The notes beneath the pieces were generated by a model. The model was not told the DNA's origin. It saw only the letters and a list, made by a program, of their open reading frames with translations, and searched no databases. A program made the position numbers and the translations under genes. DNA of 64,000 bases from Spirochaetia bacterium (lineage in GTDB: Bacteria; Spirochaetota; Spirochaetia; CAKZLE01), in assembly GCA_963677595.1 (NCBI GenBank), contig OY782041.1, positions 1-64,000 of the forward strand, read 5' to 3'. This document shows, piece by piece, positions 21,025-30,558 of this stretch; the first letter of the stretch is position 1; the number at the start of each line of letters is the position of its first letter.

Positions 21025-22836
21025 ATGAGCACAGCCCATACCATACCCTCACGATCAGAGATCCCATCACAGGACCAGTGGGACCTCTCGAAACTCTGCA
21101 CGGATGATGCTGCCTGGGAGCAGTCGTTCAAGGAGTTCACCGACCTCATTCCCCAGGCTGAAGCCTTCTCAGGCTCCCTCGACTCCTCCGCGCAGAACCT
21201 CCATGACTGCCTTGAGTTCCTCAAAGGTGCCGGTCTCCTCTCTGAGCGGATCGGGTACTTTGCGTTCCTCCGGTACGCTGAGGATGCCGGGGACAGCACG
21301 AACCAGAGCAGGTACGGCCGTGTCATGCAGGCGGAATCCCAGTTCGCGGCTGCCACGAGCTTCATCGAGCCGGAGATCCAGGCGATCGATGACGAGCTGA
21401 TGGAGGAGTTCCTCTCTGACCCGGTCCTCGAGGAGTACCGGATCATGCTGAAGAAGATCCTCCGGTACAAGCCGTATATACTGAGTGCTGAGGAGGAGAA
21501 GATCATCGCGATGGAACGGGAGTCGGCAGCGACAGCGCAGAAGGCCTTCTCCGCCCTCACCGACGTCGACCTCGAGTTCGGTACGATAGAGGTGGACGGG
21601 AGCGAACGGCCGGTCAGCCAGGCAAGCTACTCGTCTTTCATGATCAATCCCGACCGGGAGGTACGGGAGGCTGCCTTCAGGACCTTCTACAAGGGGTTCG
21701 AGGTCCATAAGAACACCCTGGCAGCGCTGTATGCAGGTTCAGTCCAGCATGACACCTTCATCGCACGGATCCGGAACCACCAGTCCTCGCGCTCTGCCGC
21801 ACTCTTCCCTGATAACATCAAGCCGGAGGTCTACGACAACCTCATCTCAACGATCCACGATAACCTCCCGGCGCTTCATGAATACTACGGCATGAGAAAA
21901 CGGCTCCTCGGCCTCGAGGAGCTTCGCCACTACGATGTCTATGTCCCGCTGGTGAGCTCGATCACCTCGCACCATACCTTCGAGGAGGCGATCGAGCTGG
22001 TCATCAAGGCCCTTGCCCCCCTCGGGCATGACTATACCGAGACGCTCCACTCAGGCCTGAGAGGTGGCTGGGTCGACAAGTATGAGAACAAGGGGAAACG
22101 GTCCGGAGCCTTCTCCGCCGGTTCCTACATCGGGGATCCCTACATCCTCATGAACTTCAAGGAGGATGTGCTCCGCGACGTCTTCACCCTCGCCCATGAG
22201 GCAGGACACTCGATGCACAGCTACTACAGCGTGAAGGGAAACCCCTTCCAGCACTACAACTACTCGATCTTCGAGGCAGAGGTCGCGTCGACCTTCAACG
22301 AGCAGCTCCTCGCCCACTACCTCCTGCAGCATACCAATGACCGGAAGATGCGGGCCTACATCATCGGCAAGCAGATCGATGACGTCATCGCCACCATCTA
22401 CCGCCAGACCATGTTTGCCGAGTTCGAGCACCTCGCCCATGAGGCCTACGAGAACGGGACACCGCTGACGCTCGACTACTTCAGGACCACCTACCGGGGG
22501 CTGCTCGAGCAGTACTTCGGGCCTGAGATGGTCTTCGAGGACGAGAGCGACCTCGAAGGGCTGCGCATTCCGCACTTCTACCGGGCGTTCTATGTCTACA
22601 AGTATGCCACGGGGCTCTCCGCAGCGATCGCACTCTCGCAGAAGGTCCTCTCAGGAGGGAAGAAGGAGCTCGAGGCCTACCTGAGGTTCCTGCATTCCGG
22701 GGGCTCAGAATACCCGCTGGACTCCCTGAAGAGAGCCGGGGTAGACATGAGTACCCCGAAACCGGTGGAGGACGCCCTGGCCTACTTCTCGTCGCTCCTG
22801 GAGGAGTTCGAGTCACTGCTCAGCGAAGAGGAATGA
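21025..22836 (+). CDS. pepF: Oligoendopeptidase F
   Basis: WDLSKL, GKRSGAFS, TLAHEAGHSMHS (HExxH), AEVAST, FYVYKYATG. Confidence 0.95.
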   Translation: MSTAHTIPSRSEIPSQDQWDLSKLCTDDAAWEQSFKEFTDLIPQAEAFSGSLDSSAQNLHDCLEFLKGAGLLSERIGYFAFLRYAEDAGDSTNQSRYGRVMQAESQFAAATSFIEPEIQAIDDELMEEFLSDPVLEEYRIMLKKILRYKPYILSAEEEKIIAMERESAATAQKAFSALTDVDLEFGTIEVDGSERPVSQASYSSFMINPDREVREAAFRTFYKGFEVHKNTLAALYAGSVQHDTFIARIRNHQSSRSAALFPDNIKPEVYDNLISTIHDNLPALHEYYGMRKRLLGLEELRHYDVYVPLVSSITSHHTFEEAIELVIKALAPLGHDYTETLHSGLRGGWVDKYENKGKRSGAFSAGSYIGDPYILMNFKEDVLRDVFTLAHEAGHSMHSYYSVKGNPFQHYNYSIFEAEVASTFNEQLLAHYLLQHTNDRKMRAYIIGKQIDDVIATIYRQTMFAEFEHLAHEAYENGTPLTLDYFRTTYRGLLEQYFGPEMVFEDESDLEGLRIPHFYRAFYVYKYATGLSAAIALSQKVLSGGKKELEAYLRFLHSGGSEYPLDSLKRAGVDMSTPKPVEDALAYFSSLLEEFESLLSEEE

Positions 22837-23365
22837 TCTCCTGCCATACGGTCAGACGGTCCTCGAGGGAACGGTAGTTCTTTGACGGGACCGGACTGGT
22901 CGAAGGCAGGCGATAGACCTCGATCCTCCCATCCCACCTGAACCTCCCGTCTGACTCTTCACTTCTCCCGGGTTTCGCATAGGAGCGGAAGTACCGGAAC
23001 GAGGCATGGCCGTTGCAGCAGATGGTCCTGACCGAGGGGTACTCCCCCACCAGTGACCTGATGTCGTTGTACGTTCCTTCTGATATATGCTGGTCGAGGC
23101 TCCCCTTTCTCCGGCAGCTTGCCAGCGAGTCCCACAGGGCTAGCCCGTGGAAGGTCAGCTCAGCTAACCGCAGGGTGTAATCATCTTCCCAGGGATCACG
23201 GTCGATGCCGAGGATCCGGTAGATGATCGGCCAGAAGAAGTTCCTCCGGTGGGCGTAGTACTGCTGGAGCCGCAGGGAATCGGCCCCGGGCATCGAACCG
23301 AGGATGAGGGTATCGGGGGAACCGCCGATGACCGGTTTAAGGGATGAAAGACGTCCTTGCTCCAT
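22820..23365 (-). CDS. UDG-superfamily DNA glycosylase (DNA-deoxyinosine/hypoxanthine glycosylase type)
   Basis: LILGSMPGADSL...QQYYAHRRNFFW...ALWD...GSLD...CNG...LPSTSP. Confidence 0.85.
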   Translation of the reverse strand: MEQGRLSSLKPVIGGSPDTLILGSMPGADSLRLQQYYAHRRNFFWPIIYRILGIDRDPWEDDYTLRLAELTFHGLALWDSLASCRRKGSLDQHISEGTYNDIRSLVGEYPSVRTICCNGHASFRYFRSYAKPGRSEESDGRFRWDGRIEVYRLPSTSPVPSKNYRSLEDRLTVWQEIIPLR

Positions 23366-23444
23366 TGTAACGTAACACCTTCCTGGGGAGTTTATAGTAT
23401 GTAAGGCCAGCAACAGGCCTTATAGTACCACGGGAGGAAATCCT

Positions 23445-24095
23445 ATGAAAAGGACCTGCATTCTTATACTTCTATCTGTTCTCTTGACCCTGGTCCTGAC
23501 CGGATGCGGGACGATCATCTCATTCGTGGATGAGGACCCCTACCTCACGCCCGGCAGCCCTGAGTACGCACGGTACACACAGGAACTCATCGGCACCTGG
23601 GAAGTCACTGCCATGGAGCAGTTCGGGGAGAACTCCCTCGGCGATATCTATGACAGGATCACCGTCACGATCAGCCTCGACCCGATGGCCTTCGTCATGG
23701 AGTTCTACCCGAGGCAGGCCATTATCGACCGGAAGACGGAAGACTGGGCTGCCAAGGATCCCACCTTCAGGGTGGACAGCTACAAGCGCGTCATCGCCTG
23801 GGATGAATGGGCTCCCGGGGAGAAGGGGCTCTACGACCAGGACTTCATCTCGTTCCCCTACGGCAAGCCCTCCACAGACCTCGTGATCACCGGGGCCGGG
23901 ACCTCCTTCCCCACCTTCGTCGGCTGGGAGACGATGATGACCCAGATCAACGGCCTGCACTACCTGCCGGAACGTTTCCTCGTGGAGTTCATCCATGGGG
24001 ACTCGATGAGGCTCTTCAGCTACGAGGAGCAGGGGATCCTCCATTGGAACCGCGACCACCTCAATACTGACATCCTCCTGAAGCGCGTACGGTAG
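23445..24095 (+). CDS. Hypothetical lipoprotein
   Basis: GGAGG RBS; lipobox LVLTGC; lipocalin-like LIGTW motif. Confidence 0.7.
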   Translation: MKRTCILILLSVLLTLVLTGCGTIISFVDEDPYLTPGSPEYARYTQELIGTWEVTAMEQFGENSLGDIYDRITVTISLDPMAFVMEFYPRQAIIDRKTEDWAAKDPTFRVDSYKRVIAWDEWAPGEKGLYDQDFISFPYGKPSTDLVITGAGTSFPTFVGWETMMTQINGLHYLPERFLVEFIHGDSMRLFSYEEQGILHWNRDHLNTDILLKRVR

Positions 24096-24159
24096 GCAGA
24101 TTGCCATAAGAGAAGAAACTCTTTACAATACCTGCAAGAACGCAAGAAAAGGAACCGCA

Positions 24160-24819
24160 ATGAGAAATGATATAGAAGCCGTCCTCTTCGACATGGACGG
24201 TGTACTGGTGGACTCTGAGGCTTTCATCTGCAGGGCGGCAGTCATGATGTTCGCCGAACACGGCGTGATCGTCCAGGAGGAGGACTTCCTCCCCTTCGTC
24301 GGGGCTGGAGAGAATGCCTACCTCGGCGGTGTCGCGAAGCAGTACGGATTCCCGATCGACATCGAACGGGATAAGAAGCGGACCTATGACATCTACCTCG
24401 AGATCATCAAGGGTGAATTACAGCCCCTCCCAGGTGTCGAGGACTGCATCCGTGAGTGTAAGAAGAGGGGCTGGAAGATCGCAGTAGCGACCAGTGCCGA
24501 TAAGGTGAAGATGGAGGCGAACCTCTCTGAGATCGGCCTCCCCCTCTCCATCTTCGATGCGACGGTGAACGGTCTTGATGTGGAGCGGAAGAAGCCCTAC
24601 CCTGACATCTATGAATATGCTGCATCACTCATCGGCGCAGACCCGAAGAAGAGCATCGTCATAGAGGATGCGGTGAACGGCATCCAGGCGGCGAAGGTAG
24701 CCGGTGCATCCTGTATCGCACTGACTACCAGCTTCGCTGATGAGCTCCTCTCAGAGGCAGATGTCATCGTGAAGGACCTCTCCGAATTCGGGCTGGCACT
24801 GGACAGGATACTGGGATAA
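24160..24819 (+). CDS. HAD-IA family hydrolase (beta-PGM/CbbY-like)
   Basis: FDMDGVLVDSE, VATS, KPYPDIY, IEDAVNGIQAAK. Confidence 0.92.
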   Translation: MRNDIEAVLFDMDGVLVDSEAFICRAAVMMFAEHGVIVQEEDFLPFVGAGENAYLGGVAKQYGFPIDIERDKKRTYDIYLEIIKGELQPLPGVEDCIRECKKRGWKIAVATSADKVKMEANLSEIGLPLSIFDATVNGLDVERKKPYPDIYEYAASLIGADPKKSIVIEDAVNGIQAAKVAGASCIALTTSFADELLSEADVIVKDLSEFGLALDRILG

Positions 24820-24837
24820 ATAATTTCCCCAGTTTTA

Positions 24838-24866
24838 TTGACAGAGAATGCATTATAGTGTATGTT
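24838..24866 (+). promoter_or_regulatory. sigma70-type promoter for tRNA-Leu
   Basis: TTGACA-17 bp-TATGTT. Confidence 0.65.
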
Positions 24867-24906
24867 TGCTCTTGTCAATAAGACAAGCCTTGGCAACAAG
24901 GTAAAC

Positions 24907-24991
24907 GCGGCAGTGGTGGAATTGGTAGACACGCTAGCTTGAGGGGCTAGTGGAAATTGTTTCCGTGGAGGTTCAAGTCCTCTCTGCCGCA
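24907..24991 (+). tRNA. tRNA-Leu(GAG)
   Basis: GCGGCAG/CTGCCGC acceptor; CTAGC-TTGAGGG-GCTAG; long variable arm. Confidence 0.95.
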
Positions 24992-25021
24992 AAGGCACTC
25001 TCTTCATGAGGGTGCCTTTTT
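24992..25021 (+). terminator. Intrinsic terminator after tRNA-Leu
   Basis: AAGGCACTCTC...GAGGGTGCCTT followed by a T run. Confidence 0.8.
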
Positions 25022-25215
25022 CGTCTATACACATGATATCGTGTGTGTCCCCCATCCAGGCGATGGATGTGGTGAGAGACACGACTCAGCAGACAGGCTG
25101 TCGTGACTTGGAGGCAATCGAAGAAGGACACAAGCTGTCTCTGAAGGAAGTAGGAAGGATTATGATGTCGGGTCGAGACTGCCCTACAGAGAAACTCCAA
25201 GCAACGATGGAGCCA

Positions 25216-25463
25216 ATGAGTTCTCCGGTATCTGCTCAAAAGATCGGCTTGATGATGACTACTTATGGGTCATGCTCTCAGACGGACGCCAGCTCGCTAC
25301 CCCGTTAGCGTATTTCCCCCGATTGCTTCATGCGACCAAAGCACAAAGAGTCCGGTTCGAGGTGAGCGGGGGCGGCACGGGTATTCACTGGGAAGAACTC
25401 GATGAAGATATCAGCGTCGAAGGCCTTGTACTGGGAGTCGTGGATCAGACAAAGCACCATTAA
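25216..25463 (+). pseudogene. DUF2442 family toxin-antitoxin component with a frameshift near 25245
   Basis: MSSPVSAQKI, then (shifted frame) LDDDYLWVMLSDGRQLATPLAYFPRLLHAT...GTGIHWEELDEDISVEGL. Confidence 0.75.
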
Positions 25464-25565
25464 TAGAGAGCTTCGTAACAGAAGCCCCGTCCCTGTATGA
25501 ATCTGTTGCGGTTTAGTAAGAACAAAGAATCAATAGCCGGATAGAAGCTTCCACTAAATTATGTG

Positions 25566-25582
25566 TGTACAAATACCGTACA
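25566..25582. promoter_or_regulatory. Putative autoregulatory operator of the DUF1778-GNAT TA operon
   Basis: Palindrome TGTAC-aaatacc-GTACA in the promoter region of the RHH antitoxin. Confidence 0.6.
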
Positions 25583-25614
25583 TTTTGGTAATATTACCAT
25601 AGAAGGAGAATAGT

Positions 25615-25866
25615 ATGGGACACACCAAATCCAGCAGAATCGAGATTCGGGCGAATGAAGAAGCGAAAAGCCTCATAGAAAAAGCGGCCAGCCTGACCGG
25701 AGAAACGATCTCTTCCTATATGCTCAGCAAATCCCTATCCTCGGCGAGGAAGGATGTGGAAAGGATAGAAAGCATAACGATCAATAACAAGGAGAGAGAA
25801 ATGTTCTTTTCCCTACTCTCCGATCCACCAGAACCCAATGAAGCCCTGAAAAACCTCTTTAAATAG
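25615..25866 (+). CDS. DUF1778 RHH antitoxin (TacA/AtaR-like)
   Basis: KSSRIEIRANEEAKSLIEKAASLTGETISSYML...FFSLLSDPPEPNEALK. Confidence 0.9.
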   Translation: MGHTKSSRIEIRANEEAKSLIEKAASLTGETISSYMLSKSLSSARKDVERIESITINNKEREMFFSLLSDPPEPNEALKNLFK

Positions 25867-25888
25867 CCCCAGAAGCCTCAAGTAGTAA

Positions 25889-26392
25889 ATGATGAAGATC
25901 ATACCTGTATCTCAAGAGATTATGAGAAAAGAGTTTGACTGCGGTATTGAAGAGCTGAATCGGTACCTTAGTCAATTCGCCATTCCCAATGATAAGAAGA
26001 ATATCGGAAAGACCTTTGTCGCGGTTGAGGGAGAAGAGCCCCTAAAGCCAGTCGGCTATTACACCGTTAGTATAGCGCAGATCAAATTCGAGGAACTGCC
26101 CGACGATATAAAGAAAGGCCTCCCCCGTTATCCGATTCCCGCCATGAGAATCGGGAAATTGGCCGTTGATCGTAATTGCCAAGGAAAGAAACTCGGAGCT
26201 CAACTTTTAAAGGATGCCTTAGTAAGAGCTGTGAAAATATCCTCAGAAGTGGCCCTTCATTTCATACTAGTGGATGCCCTCAATGAAACGGCAAAAAGTT
26301 TCTATCTGAAATACGGATTCATTCCATTGGGAGACGATTCCCTTACCCTGGTGATTCCGCTCAAAACCGTAGAGAAAGCTATCACATCCTGA
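25889..26392 (+). CDS. GNAT acetyltransferase toxin (TacT/AtaT-like)
   Basis: FDCGIEELNRYL, GYYT, PRYPIPAMRIGKLAVD, QGKKLG, VDALNETAKSFYLKYGF; follows the DUF1778 gene. Confidence 0.9.
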   Translation: MMKIIPVSQEIMRKEFDCGIEELNRYLSQFAIPNDKKNIGKTFVAVEGEEPLKPVGYYTVSIAQIKFEELPDDIKKGLPRYPIPAMRIGKLAVDRNCQGKKLGAQLLKDALVRAVKISSEVALHFILVDALNETAKSFYLKYGFIPLGDDSLTLVIPLKTVEKAITS

Positions 26393-26638
26393 TCATCCCT
26401 GAAAGCATACCCATTTTCTTTTCAACCCTGAAGAATATCCTGCCCCTTTTGTAGAGAAAAATCCTAACTATTTCACACATGATAATCTCAACCTGCGTTT
26501 AAAGGCCCTTAAACAGCTATTTTTACAAATAAGGGTATAAACGCTAATTTGTCAAGAATTTTTTTGAAAAACTATTGATTATTTTTTAATTCAGTGATAC
26601 TTTATCGATAAATAATTACCTATTATAAGGAGTGGCAT

Positions 26639-27079
26639 ATGTCACAGAGAACTGACAGGATTAAGTTTATTGAGAATGCTTACAGGAACGTTGGTTTGGT
26701 CATGAGCAGTGACGAAAAATGGGATACTCTCTTAGATCATATAGAAACCTACACAAAAGAACTCGAATCAGAGATCGATTATACACCTTCATTCGATGAA
26801 GCGCTCTTCTGCTACCATGAGAACATCTATGTTCCCCTGATGAACCAGCTTGAGACCCTCAGGGTCCGACTGGCTTTCCGGAAGAAGTCCCTGGAAGACC
26901 TCTACCTGGAGACATCAGAGCACTGGTTCGCACTCATGAAAGAGGATAAGGACATCTACGCTGATGTGGCAGTGTTCGATTACATCAACCAGACCATGAA
27001 GAGCCGGGTCATGGACTTCTTCATGAAGAGATCCAACAAGGCTTATGCATACTACAGCACGAAGGTAAGATTCGCATAG
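26639..27079 (+). CDS. Hypothetical protein resembling the C-terminal part of DUF4032 proteins
   Basis: LLDHIETY...FDEALFCYHENIYVPLM...DLYLETSEHWF; AAGGAG RBS. Similarity recalled, not searched. Confidence 0.55.
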   Translation: MSQRTDRIKFIENAYRNVGLVMSSDEKWDTLLDHIETYTKELESEIDYTPSFDEALFCYHENIYVPLMNQLETLRVRLAFRKKSLEDLYLETSEHWFALMKEDKDIYADVAVFDYINQTMKSRVMDFFMKRSNKAYAYYSTKVRFA

Positions 27080-27098
27080 GGTCCTCCCTACCCTGCAG

Positions 27099-27140
27099 CA
27101 GCCTCTGTTCCAGCATCAGGAATAGAGGCTGTCATTATTT
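27099..27140 (+). terminator. Hairpin after the 26639-27079 gene
   Basis: CAGCCTCTGTTCC...GGAATAGAGGCTG inverted repeat. Confidence 0.6.
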
Positions 27141-27197
27141 ACTCCCCCCGTCTATCGGCAGTCCTCATGAAATCATACGGTCATTCCTTTCTTTTTT

Positions 27198-28334
27198 TTG
27201 ACATTCCATGCTATGATGTCAAATATGAGCATACTTGAACGCATGAAGGGCCTTCCCTTCCTCAGGAACTACTTTCCCGCCGAGGGGACCCTCAAGCAGA
27301 AAGTCAGCGGGACCCTGTTCCTGATCGGGGCGATCCTCTCGTCCATGGGTTTCCTTCTCGGGGTCATATACGCCCTGCCCCTTCCCTTGAACCTGCCCAA
27401 CTTCATCGTCATGGTCCTCTGCCTGACGATTCCGGCCGTCTTCACGGGGTCTTTGCCCCCGGCGATCTTCATGCTCCACCTCGCAGCCTATGCCTACTTC
27501 CCGTTCCTCTATTTCACGAATGCCGGTTTTTCCGGGACGGTCCCCTTCTACTTCTTCATGATGTTCCTCTATAACGCGTTCTTCTTCGAGGGGAAGAGTC
27601 TGCTCCTTCACTTCAGCCTGCTGCTCAGTTTCTACACCGCAATCATCTGGTTCAGTCTCCTTCACCCAGAGTATGTCATCCCCTATCCCGACGAGCTGAG
27701 CGGGATCATCGACAGGCTCGTCGGGTTCTTCTCCATGACGGCTGTCATCAGCATCATGACCAGCATGGCCTACAGGGAGTACAAGAGAGAGCGCGAACAT
27801 GCTGTATCAACTGCTGAGGAACTCAGCAGGCAGAACCTCCTGCTCGAGACGGCGCTGATCACCGACCAGCTGACCGGTATCTATACCAGGCAGTTCTTCC
27901 TCGAGCAGTTCGAACGGGAATGCGAGGCATCTACGGTCAAGGGCCTGGTGTTCTACGTGATGATGATCGATATAGACCACTTCAAGCATGTGAACGATAC
28001 CTACGGGCACCTCATCGGGGATGAGATGCTGAAGCTCATAGGAAAGACCATACAAAAGAGTATCAGGGAGCATGATATCGCTGCCCGGTACGGCGGGGAG
28101 GAGTTCATCGTCCTCATCTCCCACAGCTCCCGCGACACCGGGGAGGATATCGCAGAGAGGATCCGGAAGAACGTGGAGGAGATCTCCTACCGCGATATCA
28201 CGCCGGTCACCGTGAGCATAGGAGTGACGACCAGCAGGGGGTTCTCCAAGCGGGATGAGATCATCAGCAGGGCCGACACCCTCCTCTATGAGGCGAAGCA
28301 GCAGGGACGGAACCAGGTAGTCAGCAATCCCTGA
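27198..28334 (+). CDS. Membrane-bound diguanylate cyclase
   Basis: About 6 TM helices; TDQLTG, DIDHFKHVNDTYGHLIGD, REHD I-site, RYGGEEF. Exact start uncertain. Confidence 0.92.
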   Translation: MTFHAMMSNMSILERMKGLPFLRNYFPAEGTLKQKVSGTLFLIGAILSSMGFLLGVIYALPLPLNLPNFIVMVLCLTIPAVFTGSLPPAIFMLHLAAYAYFPFLYFTNAGFSGTVPFYFFMMFLYNAFFFEGKSLLLHFSLLLSFYTAIIWFSLLHPEYVIPYPDELSGIIDRLVGFFSMTAVISIMTSMAYREYKREREHAVSTAEELSRQNLLLETALITDQLTGIYTRQFFLEQFERECEASTVKGLVFYVMMIDIDHFKHVNDTYGHLIGDEMLKLIGKTIQKSIREHDIAARYGGEEFIVLISHSSRDTGEDIAERIRKNVEEISYRDITPVTVSIGVTTSRGFSKRDEIISRADTLLYEAKQQGRNQVVSNP

Positions 28335-28457
28335 CCGAGACGGGGTCGCCTCACATGTTCGGTGGTAAATTCTCATTTGCTCACCATAATAACATTAACA
28401 GCTGGTTTCCCATATGGTAAGATAGTAGATACCATCATACAAGACAGGGGGCCTGTT

Positions 28458-29174
28458 ATGAAGAAGACCTGTGGTATCATACTCATGATCTCGATGCTGA
28501 TGATCATCTCCGGATGTGCGACCCTGCCTGATGAAGGCAGTACAGAAACTGCAAACCCGGCAGCTGCCCAGGCTATGGAGGCGGAGAGTACTCCTGTCCA
28601 GGAGGAAGCACCGGCAGCACCGGTCCAGATGAACACTGAGAACCCGATAATGAAACTTGAGGAGAAGTATGACCTCTTCTTCTCCTATGTCGATAACATC
28701 GAGTACAAGGACTACTCCCTGATGATGTCCATACCGCTGCAGTCGAAGGATGCACAGTATGCCGATACCGAAGTCCTCGATATCGTATACCACGCCTACT
28801 CCGACAGCGAAGTGGGGATCACCCCGAACATCCTCTTCTATGTGAAGTACACAGGTAACGACTGGCGGTTCATGGAGGGGGACCTGAAGATCAAGACTGA
28901 TACCGGCCTGATCACCATGGAGGATCCCTTCAGCACTCCCTATCGCTGTTCCCTCGAGAGCGGGAAGGTCATGGAGGTCATGCACTTCGCGGATTTCCAG
29001 CTGTCAGGCCGGGAGGTCACCGACCTCTACGGCAGCGATTCCATACGGCTGCAGTACTGGCTGAACCCGGTGGATATAGACGCGGCCATCTATCGCGACA
29101 TCAAGTTCTTCATAGATGAGTTCTATGGGAAGAGCTTCGAGGAACTGAAGAAGCTCTATCCTTCAGGTACTTAG
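28458..29174 (+). CDS. Hypothetical lipoprotein
   Basis: MKKT...IISGC lipobox followed by an Ala/Pro/Glu linker. Confidence 0.72.
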   Translation: MKKTCGIILMISMLMIISGCATLPDEGSTETANPAAAQAMEAESTPVQEEAPAAPVQMNTENPIMKLEEKYDLFFSYVDNIEYKDYSLMMSIPLQSKDAQYADTEVLDIVYHAYSDSEVGITPNILFYVKYTGNDWRFMEGDLKIKTDTGLITMEDPFSTPYRCSLESGKVMEVMHFADFQLSGREVTDLYGSDSIRLQYWLNPVDIDAAIYRDIKFFIDEFYGKSFEELKKLYPSGT

Positions 29175-30523
29175 AAGACCGGCTGCAGGTGTTTGGCGGA
29201 CTGTTTCTTGAGTACCGTCAGGGAAACCAGCCCGGTCAGGCAGAAACTCAGGACTATGGCAACGAAGACGCCCTGCGAAGCGAACAGGTACGAGAGGACA
29301 TAGGATGCGGGAACCGCTATCATGCCTATCTGGATGAGTGAGAGTCCTCCTGCAAGGTACGGTTTGTGGTAGACGTTGAGGATCGAGGCTGTCATCTGGG
29401 TGAAGGCGAAGAACCCGTAACCTATGGGCACGATCCTCAGGTAGCGTGCTGTCGTAGTCCGCACGAGCAGGTCATCGGTGAAGAAGCCGGCAAGGTAGTT
29501 CCCGCTGAAGAAGAAGACGGCAGCGATGAAGAGCCCCAGGCTGAAGAGGATCGTGCTGATCGTGAGGATTCCCTTCTTCACCCTCTCATGGTTGCCTGCC
29601 CCGAGGTTCTGCCCGATGAAGACAGTCGTCGTGATCCCGAACGCATTGATGAAGGCGATAAACACGCTTTCCAGTTTCGTTGCTACACCGTAGCCGGCAA
29701 CGACCTCGTGTCCGTAGCCTGCCAGGATCGATGTGAAGAAGGCAGTTCCAAGCGGAGTGATCGCCTTAACGGCTGAGTTGGGCAGCCCGATATGGAAGAG
29801 CTGCTTCCAGTAGGTCCAGGCTTTCCTGAAGGACAGGGCGTGGATCGTGAGCAGGTGTTCCCGGAAGGCCTGGATGAGGATGGAGACCAGGGCCGATACG
29901 CCCCGGGAGATGACTGTCGCCAGGGCAGCCCCCTCGATCCCCATCTCGGGGAACGGCCCTATCCCGAAGATCATCAGGGGGTCCAGGATGATGTTCAACC
30001 CGGCAGATGTCATCATGACGAAGGCCGGCGTGAAGGTATCCCCGAGACCGCGGAGGATCGAGTCCCCCAGCATGGGGATGACCATGAACCCGGTCCCCAG
30101 ATACCAGATCTTCATATACCTGGTGATATAACCCAATAACTGGTCATCAGCCCCCAAGGCACGAAACAGCGGCGTGATCGAGGAGTACCCGATCACCCCC
30201 ATGACGATGGATATCGTGATCCCGAGGGCAAGGGAGGAAGATGCTAGCATCTTCTTCTCTTCCTCATTATGCTGCCCTGCAGCCTTGGAGAAGAGCGTCA
30301 TCGAAGCGACCCCTATCCCGAACACCAGGCTGTTGAGGACCATGACGACCGGGAAGGTGAAGGAGATGGCGGCCAGGGGTATAGACCCGAGCTTGCCGAC
30401 GAAATAGGTATCCACGATATTGAAGATCATGAATCCGAACATCCCGACTACAGAGGGGATGGTGATCCTGATCAACGTTGTAGGTATATGTCCATGCAGG
30501 ATCTGGTGCTGTTTATCTTTCAT
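29171..30523 (-). CDS. MATE family efflux transporter
   Basis: NIVDTYFVGKLG, LRGLGDT, NIILDPLMIFGIGPFPEMGIEGAALATVISR, GQNLGAG. Confidence 0.93.
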   Translation of the reverse strand: MKDKQHQILHGHIPTTLIRITIPSVVGMFGFMIFNIVDTYFVGKLGSIPLAAISFTFPVVMVLNSLVFGIGVASMTLFSKAAGQHNEEEKKMLASSSLALGITISIVMGVIGYSSITPLFRALGADDQLLGYITRYMKIWYLGTGFMVIPMLGDSILRGLGDTFTPAFVMMTSAGLNIILDPLMIFGIGPFPEMGIEGAALATVISRGVSALVSILIQAFREHLLTIHALSFRKAWTYWKQLFHIGLPNSAVKAITPLGTAFFTSILAGYGHEVVAGYGVATKLESVFIAFINAFGITTTVFIGQNLGAGNHERVKKGILTISTILFSLGLFIAAVFFFSGNYLAGFFTDDLLVRTTTARYLRIVPIGYGFFAFTQMTASILNVYHKPYLAGGLSLIQIGMIAVPASYVLSYLFASQGVFVAIVLSFCLTGLVSLTVLKKQSAKHLQPVF

Positions 30524-30558
30524 CGAGATTGATTATCCTTTTCTAAGAAGAATTCGTA

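Noticed and set aside
24907-26640. Intact prophage or integrative element at tRNA-Leu
   Set aside because: No integrase, phage genes or duplicated tRNA 3' end were seen.
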